Source: Nitrospirota bacterium (GTDB taxonomy: Bacteria; Nitrospirota; Thermodesulfovibrionia; Thermodesulfovibrionales; JdFR-85). From it: a stretch of DNA of 25,659 bases. Below, piece by piece: positions 1 through 8,646 of the stretch. Within the stretch, counting starts at the first letter, position 1. Each line of letters opens with the position of its first letter. The stretch lies in the NCBI GenBank assembly GCA_013151785.1, contig JAADHP010000029.1, positions 1 to 25,659 on the forward strand, written 5' to 3'. The position numbers were made by a program, and so were the translations under genes. Below the pieces are notes generated by a model that searched no databases, was not told where the DNA came from, and saw nothing but the letters and a program-made list of their open reading frames with translations.

Positions 1-107
1 TTTTTAGATGGTGGAGCTATATGATACTCCTTTTTTTTAAGAAGGTTTGACAGGGCCTTCCTGAAAAGCTCGTTCATATTTTCTGTCTTCTTTTTTTCCG
101 TCTTCAT
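1..107 (-). CDS. 5' part of a hypothetical protein running off the left edge (MKTEKKKTENMNELFRKALSNLLKKKEYHIAPPSK...)
   Basis: Manually read open minus-strand frame from ATG at 107 (alternative in-frame ATG at 158) to the window edge with no stop; divergent from 249..707; no recognisable motif. Confidence 0.3.
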   Translation of the reverse strand, partial: MKTEKKKTENMNELFRKALSNLLKKKEYHIAPPSK

Positions 108-173
108 GCTCCCCGCCCACAGACAAACTATCTTTACTTTCAGGATATCAAAAAACATTTAGGTTTGCAATGT

Positions 174-224
174 ATGATTTAAATCATAACATCAAATTGA
201 CCGTAGTCATTATATTTAAATATA
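174..224. promoter_or_regulatory. Cluster of palindromic operator-like sites; two resemble CRP/FNR-family boxes
   Basis: ATGAT-TTAA-ATCAT (174-187, perfect palindrome), TTGAC-CGTA-GTCAT (197-210) and TATATTTAAATATA (211-224, perfect palindrome), all upstream of the RBS for 249. Confidence 0.45.
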
Positions 225-248
225 AACACAAAAACAGGAGGTAAGACC

Positions 249-707
249 ATGAAAAAAGATACCATCGAGGGTTGTCCGACATGCTCATCAATAGGTGAGT
301 TAAAAAAAGAGGAAAAACCAGAAAGGCTTCTTTCCCACTGGCCGATCCAGATCAAACTGATGGGTACGGTTATACCCTTTTTAAACAATGCCGATTTGCT
401 TGTTGCTGCCGATTGCACGGCCTTTGCAGTAGCAGACTTTCATAACAGGTTTCTTGGTGACAGGAAGCTATTGATTGGCTGTCCAAAATTAGACAATGCC
501 CAGTTCTATGTTGACAAGTTCACAGAGATATTCACCAATATACCGATAAAAAGCCTTGTTTGCCTGAGGATGGAGGTGCCCTGTTGTGGTGGAATGACCA
601 TGATTCTTAGGGAAGCCCTGAAAAGGGCAGGCAAAGAAATCCCCTTCAAGGAGATTATAGTAGGCGTAAGAGGAGATTTGCTTAAAGAAACAGTAATCAA
701 CGAATAA
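249..707 (+). CDS. Cys-rich putative FeS-binding protein (stand-alone form of the domain usually found C-terminal to a 4Fe-4S ferredoxin)
   Basis: Motifs HWPIQIKL, ADLLVAADC, LLIGCPKLD, MEVPCCGG; SD AGGAGG upstream. Confidence 0.75.
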   Translation: MKKDTIEGCPTCSSIGELKKEEKPERLLSHWPIQIKLMGTVIPFLNNADLLVAADCTAFAVADFHNRFLGDRKLLIGCPKLDNAQFYVDKFTEIFTNIPIKSLVCLRMEVPCCGGMTMILREALKRAGKEIPFKEIIVGVRGDLLKETVINE

Positions 708-1793
708 GGAAGACCCTCACGATATAAAATAGATAAAAGGCCCCACCTGCCAACAATGCCCGGGCAGGGAGGCTTTTTCTTTTTCTTATTGAGATAAGTA
801 GTATCAGGCTCATTGCCACTGTGGAAAGCAGATTTATATATTCTGCCTGGGTGAATCTCCATTCTGTAAAAGATAGTCCTATTGCCACAGGTATAGTGGA
901 CTGAAACACCATGGCCCCCCGGTCAGGTTTGCAAGTCCTATGGTGTCCTTACCTTTCAGTGTCCAGGTTATAGAGTTAAATTTTTCGGGTAATTCTGTAG
1001 CCACAGGTGTGATCAATAGTGAAAGTACAAGAGGACTGACCCCTGATTTTACAGAGAGAATACCAAGATACTCAACAAATATATGGGCCCCTACAATAAT
1101 AAGCCCAAGCCCTGTAAGGGTCTGAATGATAATCCAACGTAGCCTTAAAGGACAGCCAATTATAAAAGAGAAATGAAAGTGGTCAGTGTACTCTTCGCCA
1201 TCTATGGCCTCATGACCAAGGGACATCTTAAAAAAAACTATATACACTATTATAAGTAATACTGCATAGAGATGCCTCAAAAGAGGGTTATTAATATAAG
1301 ATACCAGAAGCAGCCCTGACATTATAAAAATAAAGAAGATAAGCTCAAGCTTTAGGGCAGAGCGGTTAATATTTAGTGTAGCCTGTGTTCTTCCCTTATA
1401 TATATAATGTATAACAACGGTTATACCAAGCAAAAACATGGCAAGTGTGGAGATCATAAAAGGTGCACCAAGGATTGCTCCAACTGCTATTCCTTCTCGA
1501 GAGGCCTCTTTGCCAAAAAGTAGTGCAAGCACAGGTACCATGGTCTCTGGAAGGGCGGTGCCAACAGCAGCAAAAAGGCTACCAACCGTTGCATGAGACA
1601 TGTTAAGCCTATCGCCCAGGCACTCAACCCCATTGGCAAATAGCTCACAACCACTAAGGATTGTAAAGATTCCAAGTAGCAGTACGAATATAATTAAAGG
1701 ATAACCTGGTGACATATGCTCAGGCAATTTAGAAAGCCAGGCCAAAAGGGCTGAAAAAACCGACAGTGCTGCAACAGTTATGACATATCTCAT
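697..1793 (-). pseudogene. Sodium:calcium (CaCA-family) antiporter, frameshifted at a G6 homopolymer (pseudogene, phase-variable locus or sequencing error)
   Basis: ORF 879..1793 has alpha-1 (AAVGTALPE) and alpha-2 (ATELPE...ANLTG) repeats, then drifts into GPWCFSPLYLWQ. The expected continuation (AMVFQSTIPVAIGL...) is in ORF 697..912 in another frame. Junction on the minus strand: ACC GGGGGG CC ATG (C6 at 915-920 on +). SD AAGGA upstream of 1793. Confidence 0.85.
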
Positions 1794-1868
1794 AGGAAAT
1801 TCCTTATAATTAGTTTATTGTATAAAAGCAGGTTAAAAGACCATAAAGGATAACATAATGCTTGGAAT

Positions 1869-2555
1869 ATGAAAAAGTATTTATTAAAAGAGTATGGTTC
1901 CTGGGCGGTGGCTACATTTAGCTATATTGCCGGTATAACCGGTGGTAGCTATGATGTAAACAGGCTGATAATAGGAGCCCTGGCCTGTTTTCTGCTGATA
2001 AATTCAAAGGAGGCCCTGGCCCAATGGTTTAAGGCATCAAAGAAGGAGGCTGCTCCGGCTTTTTTTATCCAGGCACTGCTTGGTGCTATTATAATTATGT
2101 TTATATTAAAAGACGGAATTACAGATTTTATACCATATATGGTATTGCCAATACTGTACATTGTATTTTTCAGGTTTAAAGGTGAACACTTTTTATTAAC
2201 CGAGGTTACAGGTTTTCTCTCACTTGGGCTTTCAACACTTGTTTCATATTATATATGTAATGCCGGAATCAATTTTACCCTCTATATGGTGGTGGCACTT
2301 TTCTTTACGGCAGGGGTTTTTAAGGTAAGGCTCCAGTTAAGGAAGGGACTCTTCGAAAAACTTACCATGCTCGGTTATGTAGCGTTTCTTGTGGTTGTAT
2401 ATTTACTGACTGGTACATCATTGGTCATTGCTTTGCCCCTTGTGGAGAATATTTTTTATGCCCTGAAACCATATAAGGTAAAGCTCAGATACACTGGCTG
2501 GATCGAGCTTTCCAAATCATTGGCCTTCCTGATTTTGTTGAAGTTGTATAGCTAA
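1869..2555 (+). CDS. YwiC-like integral membrane protein
   Basis: N-terminal KEYGSWA resembles the YwiC P-x-(E/Q)HGAW motif; multiple hydrophobic segments; C-terminal GWIEL. Confidence 0.7.
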   Translation: MKKYLLKEYGSWAVATFSYIAGITGGSYDVNRLIIGALACFLLINSKEALAQWFKASKKEAAPAFFIQALLGAIIIMFILKDGITDFIPYMVLPILYIVFFRFKGEHFLLTEVTGFLSLGLSTLVSYYICNAGINFTLYMVVALFFTAGVFKVRLQLRKGLFEKLTMLGYVAFLVVVYLLTGTSLVIALPLVENIFYALKPYKVKLRYTGWIELSKSLAFLILLKLYS

Positions 2556-2643
2556 AAAATGATGAAATAACAATAAGTTAAGCAACTTCAACCCCTTAAT
2601 AAACCTGATAAAAAAAACTTATATAAGGATTTTAATTTTTTTC

Positions 2644-2673
2644 TTGAAATCTAAAAAAGGGTTTATGTAGTAT
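2644..2673 (+). promoter_or_regulatory. Putative sigma70 promoter for adk-sat-aprBA
   Basis: TTGAAA (2644-2649), 18 nt spacer, TAGTAT (2668-2673), 53 nt before the adk ATG. Confidence 0.45.
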
Positions 2674-2726
2674 ATTGCGGTTTCTGTGTGGGGTCTGTTC
2701 AAAAAACTCTAATGGAGGTATAGATA

Positions 2727-3377
2727 ATGAGAATCGTTTTATTAGGCGCACCAGGTGCGGGGAAGGGGACTCAGGCAAAAAAACTCATTGAAAAATATGG
2801 CATTCCTCAGATTTCCACCGGCGATATCCTCAGAAAGGCAGTAGCAGATGGCACACCTTTAGGTAAAGAGGCAAAATCATATATGGACAGGGGTGAGCTT
2901 GTTCCAGATTCAGTTGTGATTGGTTTGGTTAAAGAGCGTCTTCAGCAGGATGACTGCAAAAAGGGCTTTATTCTTGATGGCTTTCCACGCAATACATCCC
3001 AGGCAGAGACCCTGGATCAGGTCCTTGACGAGATGGGTATGCCACTTCAGGTGGCCCTGAGTGTGGATGTTGACTTTGATGTGCTAATGAAGAGGCTCAC
3101 AGGTAGAAGGACTTGCAAGTCCTGTGGTCAGATGTATAATATATATTTCAGCCCACCTCAGAAGGAAGGTGTTTGTGACAAGTGTGGAGGGGAGCTCTAT
3201 CAGAGGGATGACGACAAGGAAGAGACCATCAAGAAGCGTCTCGAGGTTTATGAGGCCCAGACAGCACCACTGATAGATTATTATGAGAAAAAGGGAATTC
3301 TTAAAAGGGTAAATGGCGTAGGCAACATAGACGAGATCTTTGCCAATATCTGTGCAATCTTAGACAGCATCAAATAA
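2727..3377 (+). CDS. adk: Adenylate kinase with four-Cys (metal-binding) LID
   Basis: P-loop [29 protein letters not shown]...CDKC; SD GGAGG. Confidence 0.98.
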   Translation: MRIVLLGAPGAGKGTQAKKLIEKYGIPQISTGDILRKAVADGTPLGKEAKSYMDRGELVPDSVVIGLVKERLQQDDCKKGFILDGFPRNTSQAETLDQVLDEMGMPLQVALSVDVDFDVLMKRLTGRRTCKSCGQMYNIYFSPPQKEGVCDKCGGELYQRDDDKEETIKKRLEVYEAQTAPLIDYYEKKGILKRVNGVGNIDEIFANICAILDSIK

Positions 3378-3403
3378 TTTTACTATAAAAGGAGGATCTA
3401 AGA

Positions 3404-4618
3404 ATGGCTTTAGTTAATCCCCATGGTAAAGAGAAAAAGTTAAAACCCCTGCTTGTTGAAGGTGATGAGCGCAAGGAACTGCTTGAAAAGGCAAAGACCC
3501 TTACACAGGTCAGAATGACCTCCAGAGAAACTGGTGACCTCATAATGCTTGGTATTGGTGGTTTTACACCTCTTGAGGGTTTTATGGGTTATGACGACTG
3601 GAAGGGTGTTTGCGATGAGATGAAGCTTTCAGATGGCACCTTCTGGCCAATTCCAATCACTCTTTCAACCACTAAGGGACAGGCAGACAGTATCAAGGAA
3701 GGTGAAGAGGTTGCCCTTGTAGATGAAGAAACTGGCGAGATAATGGGTGTTATGACCGTTCAGGAGAAATACACAATAGATAAAGAGCATGAATGTAAGC
3801 AGGTTTTCAGGACAACCGATACAGAACATCCTGGCGTGGCAAAGGTGATGGCTCAGGGAGATGTTAACCTTGCGGGTCCTGTTAAGGTATTAAGTGAGGG
3901 TGTCTTCCCGGAAAAGTACAAAGGGATCTATATGAGACCGGCGGAGACGAGAAAGGCCTTCGAGGAAAAGGGTTGGTCAACAGTTGCAGCCTTCCAGACC
4001 CGTAACCCAATGCACCGTAGTCATGAGTATCTTACCAAGATTGCCATTGAGATCTGCGATGGTGTTTTCATCCATATGCTTCTTGGTAAACTCAAACCCG
4101 GCGACATTCCTGCAGATGTAAGGCAGAAAGCAATTGATGCTCTGATAGAAAACTACTATGTAAAAGACACTATAATGGTTGGTGGTTATCCTCTTGATAT
4201 GAGGTATGCTGGTCCAAGAGAGGCACTGCTTCATGCAGTTTTCAGACAGAATTATGGCTGCAGTCACCTGATTGTAGGTCGTGACCATGCAGGTGTTGGT
4301 GACTATTATGGTCCTTTTGATGCTCAGAAGATCTTCGATGAGATACCCGCTGATGCACTTGAGACAAAGCCACTGAAAATCGACTGGACCTTCTATTGTT
4401 ACAAGTGTGATGGTATGGCCTCTATGAGAACCTGCCCACATAGCAAGGAAGACAGGCTCATTCTCAGTGGAACCAAACTCCGTAAGATGCTTTCCGAGGG
4501 TGAAGAGGTGCCCGAGAAGTTCAGCCGTCCAGAGGTTCTCAAGATTCTCCGTGAGTACTACGAGAGCCTTACCGAGAAGGTTGAAATCAAGCTGCACAAA
4601 TACGCAGAGGGTGAGTAA
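3404..4618 (+). CDS. sat: Sulfate adenylyltransferase (ATP sulfurylase), dissimilatory type
   Basis: [34 protein letters not shown]-terminal CYKC...CPH zinc site; SD AGGAGG. Confidence 0.98.
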   Translation: MALVNPHGKEKKLKPLLVEGDERKELLEKAKTLTQVRMTSRETGDLIMLGIGGFTPLEGFMGYDDWKGVCDEMKLSDGTFWPIPITLSTTKGQADSIKEGEEVALVDEETGEIMGVMTVQEKYTIDKEHECKQVFRTTDTEHPGVAKVMAQGDVNLAGPVKVLSEGVFPEKYKGIYMRPAETRKAFEEKGWSTVAAFQTRNPMHRSHEYLTKIAIEICDGVFIHMLLGKLKPGDIPADVRQKAIDALIENYYVKDTIMVGGYPLDMRYAGPREALLHAVFRQNYGCSHLIVGRDHAGVGDYYGPFDAQKIFDEIPADALETKPLKIDWTFYCYKCDGMASMRTCPHSKEDRLILSGTKLRKMLSEGEEVPEKFSRPEVLKILREYYESLTEKVEIKLHKYAEGE

Positions 4619-4748
4619 GCTGAAGGATAAATTTTCAGGAGTATGGGGAGATATCCTAAGGCAAGAAGGGAGGTGGAGAGACCTCGAAACCCAAATTCTC
4701 TCGGTAGTTTTTTTACAAAACTTTAAAAAAAAGTAAGGAGGTAAAAGT

Positions 4749-5183
4749 ATGCCAAGCTATGTGATCACTGAGAAATGTGACGGCTGTAAAGGACAGGAAA
4801 GAACCGCATGCATGTACATCTGCCCAAACAACCTGATGAAGCTCGACAGGGACAGAATGAAGGCTTACAATCAGGAGCCAGATCAGTGCTGGGAGTGCTA
4901 TAACTGTGTTAAGATCTGCCCACAGCAGGCCATCGAGGTAAGGGGCTATCAGGACTTCTGCCCAATGGGTGCAAATGTTATTCCTCTGAGAGGTACTGAT
5001 GCCATTATGTGGACCATCAAATTCCGTGACGGTTCTCTCAAGAGGTTCAAATTCCCAATAAGGACTACACCAGAGGGTTCCATTGATCCTTATGCTGGTA
5101 AACCTGAGGCTGATATCAACAGGATTAAAGAGCCTGGCTTCTTCACCCATCAGGGCGAGGGCAAGGAGATGCCAACTCCTTAA
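4749..5183 (+). CDS. aprB: Adenylylsulfate reductase beta subunit (2x[4Fe-4S])
   Basis: CDGC...CMYICP and CWECYNCVKICP; WTIKFRDG...RFKFPIRTTPEGS; directly upstream of aprA. Confidence 0.98.
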   Translation: MPSYVITEKCDGCKGQERTACMYICPNNLMKLDRDRMKAYNQEPDQCWECYNCVKICPQQAIEVRGYQDFCPMGANVIPLRGTDAIMWTIKFRDGSLKRFKFPIRTTPEGSIDPYAGKPEADINRIKEPGFFTHQGEGKEMPTP

Positions 5184-5241
5184 TGGAAGTAAGTAAAATA
5201 TGGTTTTAAAAATACTGAATTAATCTAAAAAGGAGGAAGTC

Positions 5242-7224
5242 ATGGAAAAGGAAACTTGCACTTTTTCATATTGTGCCGAGCCTGAGATTGTTGAGGTTGA
5301 GACCGATATTCTTTTAGTTGGTGGTGGAATGGCATGCTGTGGTGCTGCTTTTGAGGCAGCAAGATGGGCACAGGGTAAAAACATCAGAATAGTTATGGTT
5401 GATAAGGCTGCAACAGACCGTTCCGGTTCAGTTGCTATGGGTCTCAGTGCTATCAATACCTACATGGGTGAGAATGATCCAGCTGACTATGTAAAGTATG
5501 TCAGGGCCGACCTGATGGGCATCATCAGGGAAGACCTGGTTTACGACCTTGGCCGTCATGTTGACGACTCTGTTCATCTTTTCGAGGAGTGGGGTCTTCC
5601 AATCTGGAGGATCACAGACGAGGGTAAGAAGGTTGACGGTGCCGAGGCAAAGAAGATCGGCAAGACCCTTAAAGAGGGCGCCAAGCCAGTCAGGTCTGGT
5701 CGTTGGCAGATCATGATCAACGGTGAGTCCTACAAGGTCATCGTTGCAGAGGCTGCTAAGAAGGCTCTTGAGATAAACCGCCAGGAAACTGGCATGGAGC
5801 AGAACCACTTTGAAAGGGTGTTCATCGTTAAGCTCATCCCTGATGCCGATAATCCTAACAGAGTTGCTGGTGCAGTTGGTTTCAGCGTTCGTGAGCACAA
5901 GGCCTATGTCTTCAAGGCGAAATGCATGCTCGTAGCTGCTGGTGGTTGTGTTAATGTTTTCAGACCAAGGTCCACCGGTGAGGGTATGGGTAGGACCTGG
6001 TTCGCAGTCTGGAATGCTGGTTCCACCTATGCAATGCCAGCCGAGCTTGGTGCAAAGATGGTTCTCATGGAAAACAGGTTCGTTCCAGCAAGGTTTAAGG
6101 ACGGTTATGGTCCTGTTGGTGCATGGTTCCTGTTCTTCAAAGCCAAGGCAACCAACGCACTTGGTGAGGACTACTGCGCCAAGTATCATGAGGAGCTGAA
6201 GCAGAGATATGGTAAATACGCCGAGATCCTTGGTACTTGTCTCAGAAACACAGCAATGATGGAAGACATGAAGAAGGGTCTTGGCCCAATCTGGATGAGA
6301 ACAGACCTTGCCTTCGAGGAAGCCAAGAAGACAATGGATGCCAAAGAGCTCAAACACCTCGAGGCAGAGGCATGGGAAGACTTCCTTGACATGACCATCG
6401 CACAGGCTGGTCTGTGGGCGGCAAACAACATCCGTCCAGAGGAGAAATACTCTGAGCTCATGCCTTCAGAGCCATATCTGCTTGGTTCCCACGCAGGTTG
6501 TGCAGGCCTGTGGACAAGTGGTCCAGAAGATATCTGCAAAAAGCACGGTCTTGATGAGTACTTCTGGGGCTACAACAGGATGACCACAATAGATGGTCTG
6601 TTCACCGCAGGTGACGGTTGTGGAGCATCCGGTCACAAGTTCTCCTCAGGCTCCCATGCTGAGGGTCGTATCGCTGGAAAAGAGATGGTCAGATATGTAC
6701 TTGATCATCAGGACTATCAGCCAAAGCTCGCAAAAGATCCTAAAGAGTATGTGGCAGAGATATTCCTGCCCTTTGAGATCTATGAGAAATACAAAAACTA
6801 CACCACCGATCCTAATGTCAACCCACACTACATCAGGCCAAGCATGCTCCAGAAGAGGCTCCAGAAGATCATGGACGAGTATGTCGCTGGTGCCGGTTAC
6901 TGGTACATGACCAGTAAGACCATGCTTGAGGAAGGTCTCAGGCAGCTTGAGATGCTGAAGGAAGATGCTGCAAGGATGGCTGCTGCAGATCATCACGAGC
7001 TGATGAGGTGCTGGGAGAACTACCACAGGATCGTGGCTGGTGAGGCCCATGCAAGACACATCCTCTTCAGGGAGGAGACCAGGTATCCTGGTTACTACTT
7101 CAGGGGCGACTTCCCACAGATCGACGACGAGAACTGGAAGTGCTTCACAGTCTCCAGAATCAATCCAGAAAACGGCCAGTGGGAATTCGAAAAGGTTCCT
7201 TACAAGCAGATCATTCCTGATTAA
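5242..7224 (+). CDS. aprA: Adenylylsulfate reductase alpha subunit (FAD)
   Basis: GGGMACCG, MGLSAINTY, WQIMINGESYK, RFKDGYGPVGAWF, GHKFSSGSHAEGR, EETRYPGYY. Confidence 0.98.
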   Translation: MEKETCTFSYCAEPEIVEVETDILLVGGGMACCGAAFEAARWAQGKNIRIVMVDKAATDRSGSVAMGLSAINTYMGENDPADYVKYVRADLMGIIREDLVYDLGRHVDDSVHLFEEWGLPIWRITDEGKKVDGAEAKKIGKTLKEGAKPVRSGRWQIMINGESYKVIVAEAAKKALEINRQETGMEQNHFERVFIVKLIPDADNPNRVAGAVGFSVREHKAYVFKAKCMLVAAGGCVNVFRPRSTGEGMGRTWFAVWNAGSTYAMPAELGAKMVLMENRFVPARFKDGYGPVGAWFLFFKAKATNALGEDYCAKYHEELKQRYGKYAEILGTCLRNTAMMEDMKKGLGPIWMRTDLAFEEAKKTMDAKELKHLEAEAWEDFLDMTIAQAGLWAANNIRPEEKYSELMPSEPYLLGSHAGCAGLWTSGPEDICKKHGLDEYFWGYNRMTTIDGLFTAGDGCGASGHKFSSGSHAEGRIAGKEMVRYVLDHQDYQPKLAKDPKEYVAEIFLPFEIYEKYKNYTTDPNVNPHYIRPSMLQKRLQKIMDEYVAGAGYWYMTSKTMLEEGLRQLEMLKEDAARMAAADHHELMRCWENYHRIVAGEAHARHILFREETRYPGYYFRGDFPQIDDENWKCFTVSRINPENGQWEFEKVPYKQIIPD

Positions 7225-7232
7225 TAGAGGTT

Positions 7233-7260
7233 AAAGAGGGGGCATTAGCCCCCTCTTTTT
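7233..7260 (+). terminator. Intrinsic terminator after aprA
   Basis: AAAGAGGGGGC-ATTA-GCCCCCTCTTT followed by further T residues. Confidence 0.85.
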
Positions 7261-7282
7261 AAATTTTTATTGTGTGTTAACT

Positions 7283-7344
7283 CCTGTCATTCTGAAGCTG
7301 TTTCTGCTGAATTAAGGAAATAGATTCAGAGTGACAGGTTTTTT
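7283..7344 (+). repeat. Long REP-like hairpin with T6 tail (possible second terminator)
   Basis: CCTGTCATTCTGAA (7283-7296) pairs with TTCAGAGTGACAGG (7325-7338) with one G-T; inner CTGTTTC/GAAATAG; TTTTTT at 7339-7344. Confidence 0.6.
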
Positions 7345-7380
7345 AAGGTTAAAATAATTCCAGTAATAAGGAGGCATTAA

Positions 7381-8646
7381 ATGGCTATAGCTCCTGACAA
7401 AACGGTACTTGTCATAGGAGGAGGCATAAGCGGACTTACAGCAGCACTTGAAACTGCAGAGGCTGGAACAAAAGCGGTAATTGTGGAACGGAATCCCTAC
7501 CTGGGAGGACGGGTAGCTCAACTTTACAGGTATTTTCCAAAGCTCTGTCCACCTTATTGTGGGCTGGAACTAAACTTCAGAAGAATCAAGGAAAATCCTG
7601 CAATCACCTACTACACGCTCTCAGAGGTTGAGGAGATTTCTGGTTCGGCAGGAGATTTCACGGTCAAGATCAAACAGAAGGCAAGATATGTAAACGAAAA
7701 ATGTACAGCCTGTGGTGCCTGTGTTGAAGCCTGTCCAGTTGAGAGACCAAACGAGTTCAATTTTGGCCTGGATAATACCAAGGCAATTTACTTGCCTCAT
7801 GAGCTGGCTTTTCCAATGAGATATGTAATAGATACTGCGGTGTGTAAGGGTAAAGAATGTGCAAAATGTGTTGAGGCGTGCAAATATGGTGCTATTGACC
7901 TGGATATGCAGGATAAAACAATAGAATTGAATGTAGGTGCAATCGTATTTGCAACAGGATGGAATCCTTACGATGCTTCAAAGATGGATAATCTCTCCTT
8001 TGGCAAGGTTAAAAATGTAATTACAAACATGATGATGGAGCGCCTGGCTGCACCCAATGGACCAACAAAGGGCAAAATACTTAGGCCTTCTGATGGCAAA
8101 GAGGTGCAGAACATTGCTTTTGTTCAGTGTGCAGGTTCAAGGGATGAAAATCATTTGAACTATTGCTCAGCAATATGCTGTATGGCAACAATGAAACAGG
8201 CCACTTATATAAGAGAGAAGAACCCTGAATCAAAGGTTACTGTATTTTATATAGACCTCAGGGCTCCCGGAAAGTACGAAGACTTCTACAAGAAGGTTGA
8301 ATCTGATGAGAACATACAGTTTATAAAAGGTAAGGTGGCAAAGATTGAGGAAGACCCTGAGACACAGGATGTAATTGTTACAGTTGAGGATGTAGCTAAT
8401 GTGAAGAAGATACATGAGAAATTTGATATGGTTGTGCTTGCCACAGGTATGGAGCCTCAGACCAGAACACAGAGATTTCCAGGTGGCATTAATACAGAGG
8501 AGAACGGGTTCATTTTATCAGACGGTCTACCTGAGGGTATATTTGCTGTGGGTGTTGCTGGCAGACCTGCAGATGTTAATACCTCTAACCAGGATGCAAC
8601 TGCCAAGGCTATAAAGTGCATACAAACACTTGTAGGAGGTAAATAA
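7381..8646 (+). CDS. qmoA: Quinone-interacting membrane-bound oxidoreductase subunit A (HdrA-like flavoprotein)
   Basis: GGGISG FAD motif, FPKLCPPYCG, FVQCAGSRD...YCSAICC; position after aprBA; SD AAGGAGG. Confidence 0.96.
   Translation: MAIAPDKTVLVIGGGISGLTAALETAEAGTKAVIVERNPYLGGRVAQLYRYFPKLCPPYCGLELNFRRIKENPAITYYTLSEVEEISGSAGDFTVKIKQKARYVNEKCTACGACVEACPVERPNEFNFGLDNTKAIYLPHELAFPMRYVIDTAVCKGKECAKCVEACKYGAIDLDMQDKTIELNVGAIVFATGWNPYDASKMDNLSFGKVKNVITNMMMERLAAPNGPTKGKILRPSDGKEVQNIAFVQCAGSRDENHLNYCSAICCMATMKQATYIREKNPESKVTVFYIDLRAPGKYEDFYKKVESDENIQFIKGKVAKIEEDPETQDVIVTVEDVANVKKIHEKFDMVVLATGMEPQTRTQRFPGGINTEENGFILSDGLPEGIFAVGVAGRPADVNTSNQDATAKAIKCIQTLVGGK

Noticed and set aside
2556-2726. Rex operator expected upstream of adk-sat
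   Set aside because: No TTGTGAA-N4-TTCACAA-like palindrome found by eye.
4655-4695. Resemblance to a SAM-I riboswitch (CAAG..AGGTGGAG.GAC..GAAACCC)
   Set aside because: The CTGGCCC kink-turn/pseudoknot segment, the GCAACC junction and P3/P4 are missing; partial similarity only.
4643-4726. 27-codon ORF (MGRYPKARRE...) in the sat-aprB spacer
   Set aside because: The AGGAG is only 1 nt from the ATG and the peptide has no recognisable features.
3977-6910. Long antisense or alternative-frame ORFs (3977..4597, 4713..5150, 5428..6357, 6593..6910 and similar)
   Set aside because: Shadows of strongly conserved, codon-biased sat/apr genes; no motifs or RBS.
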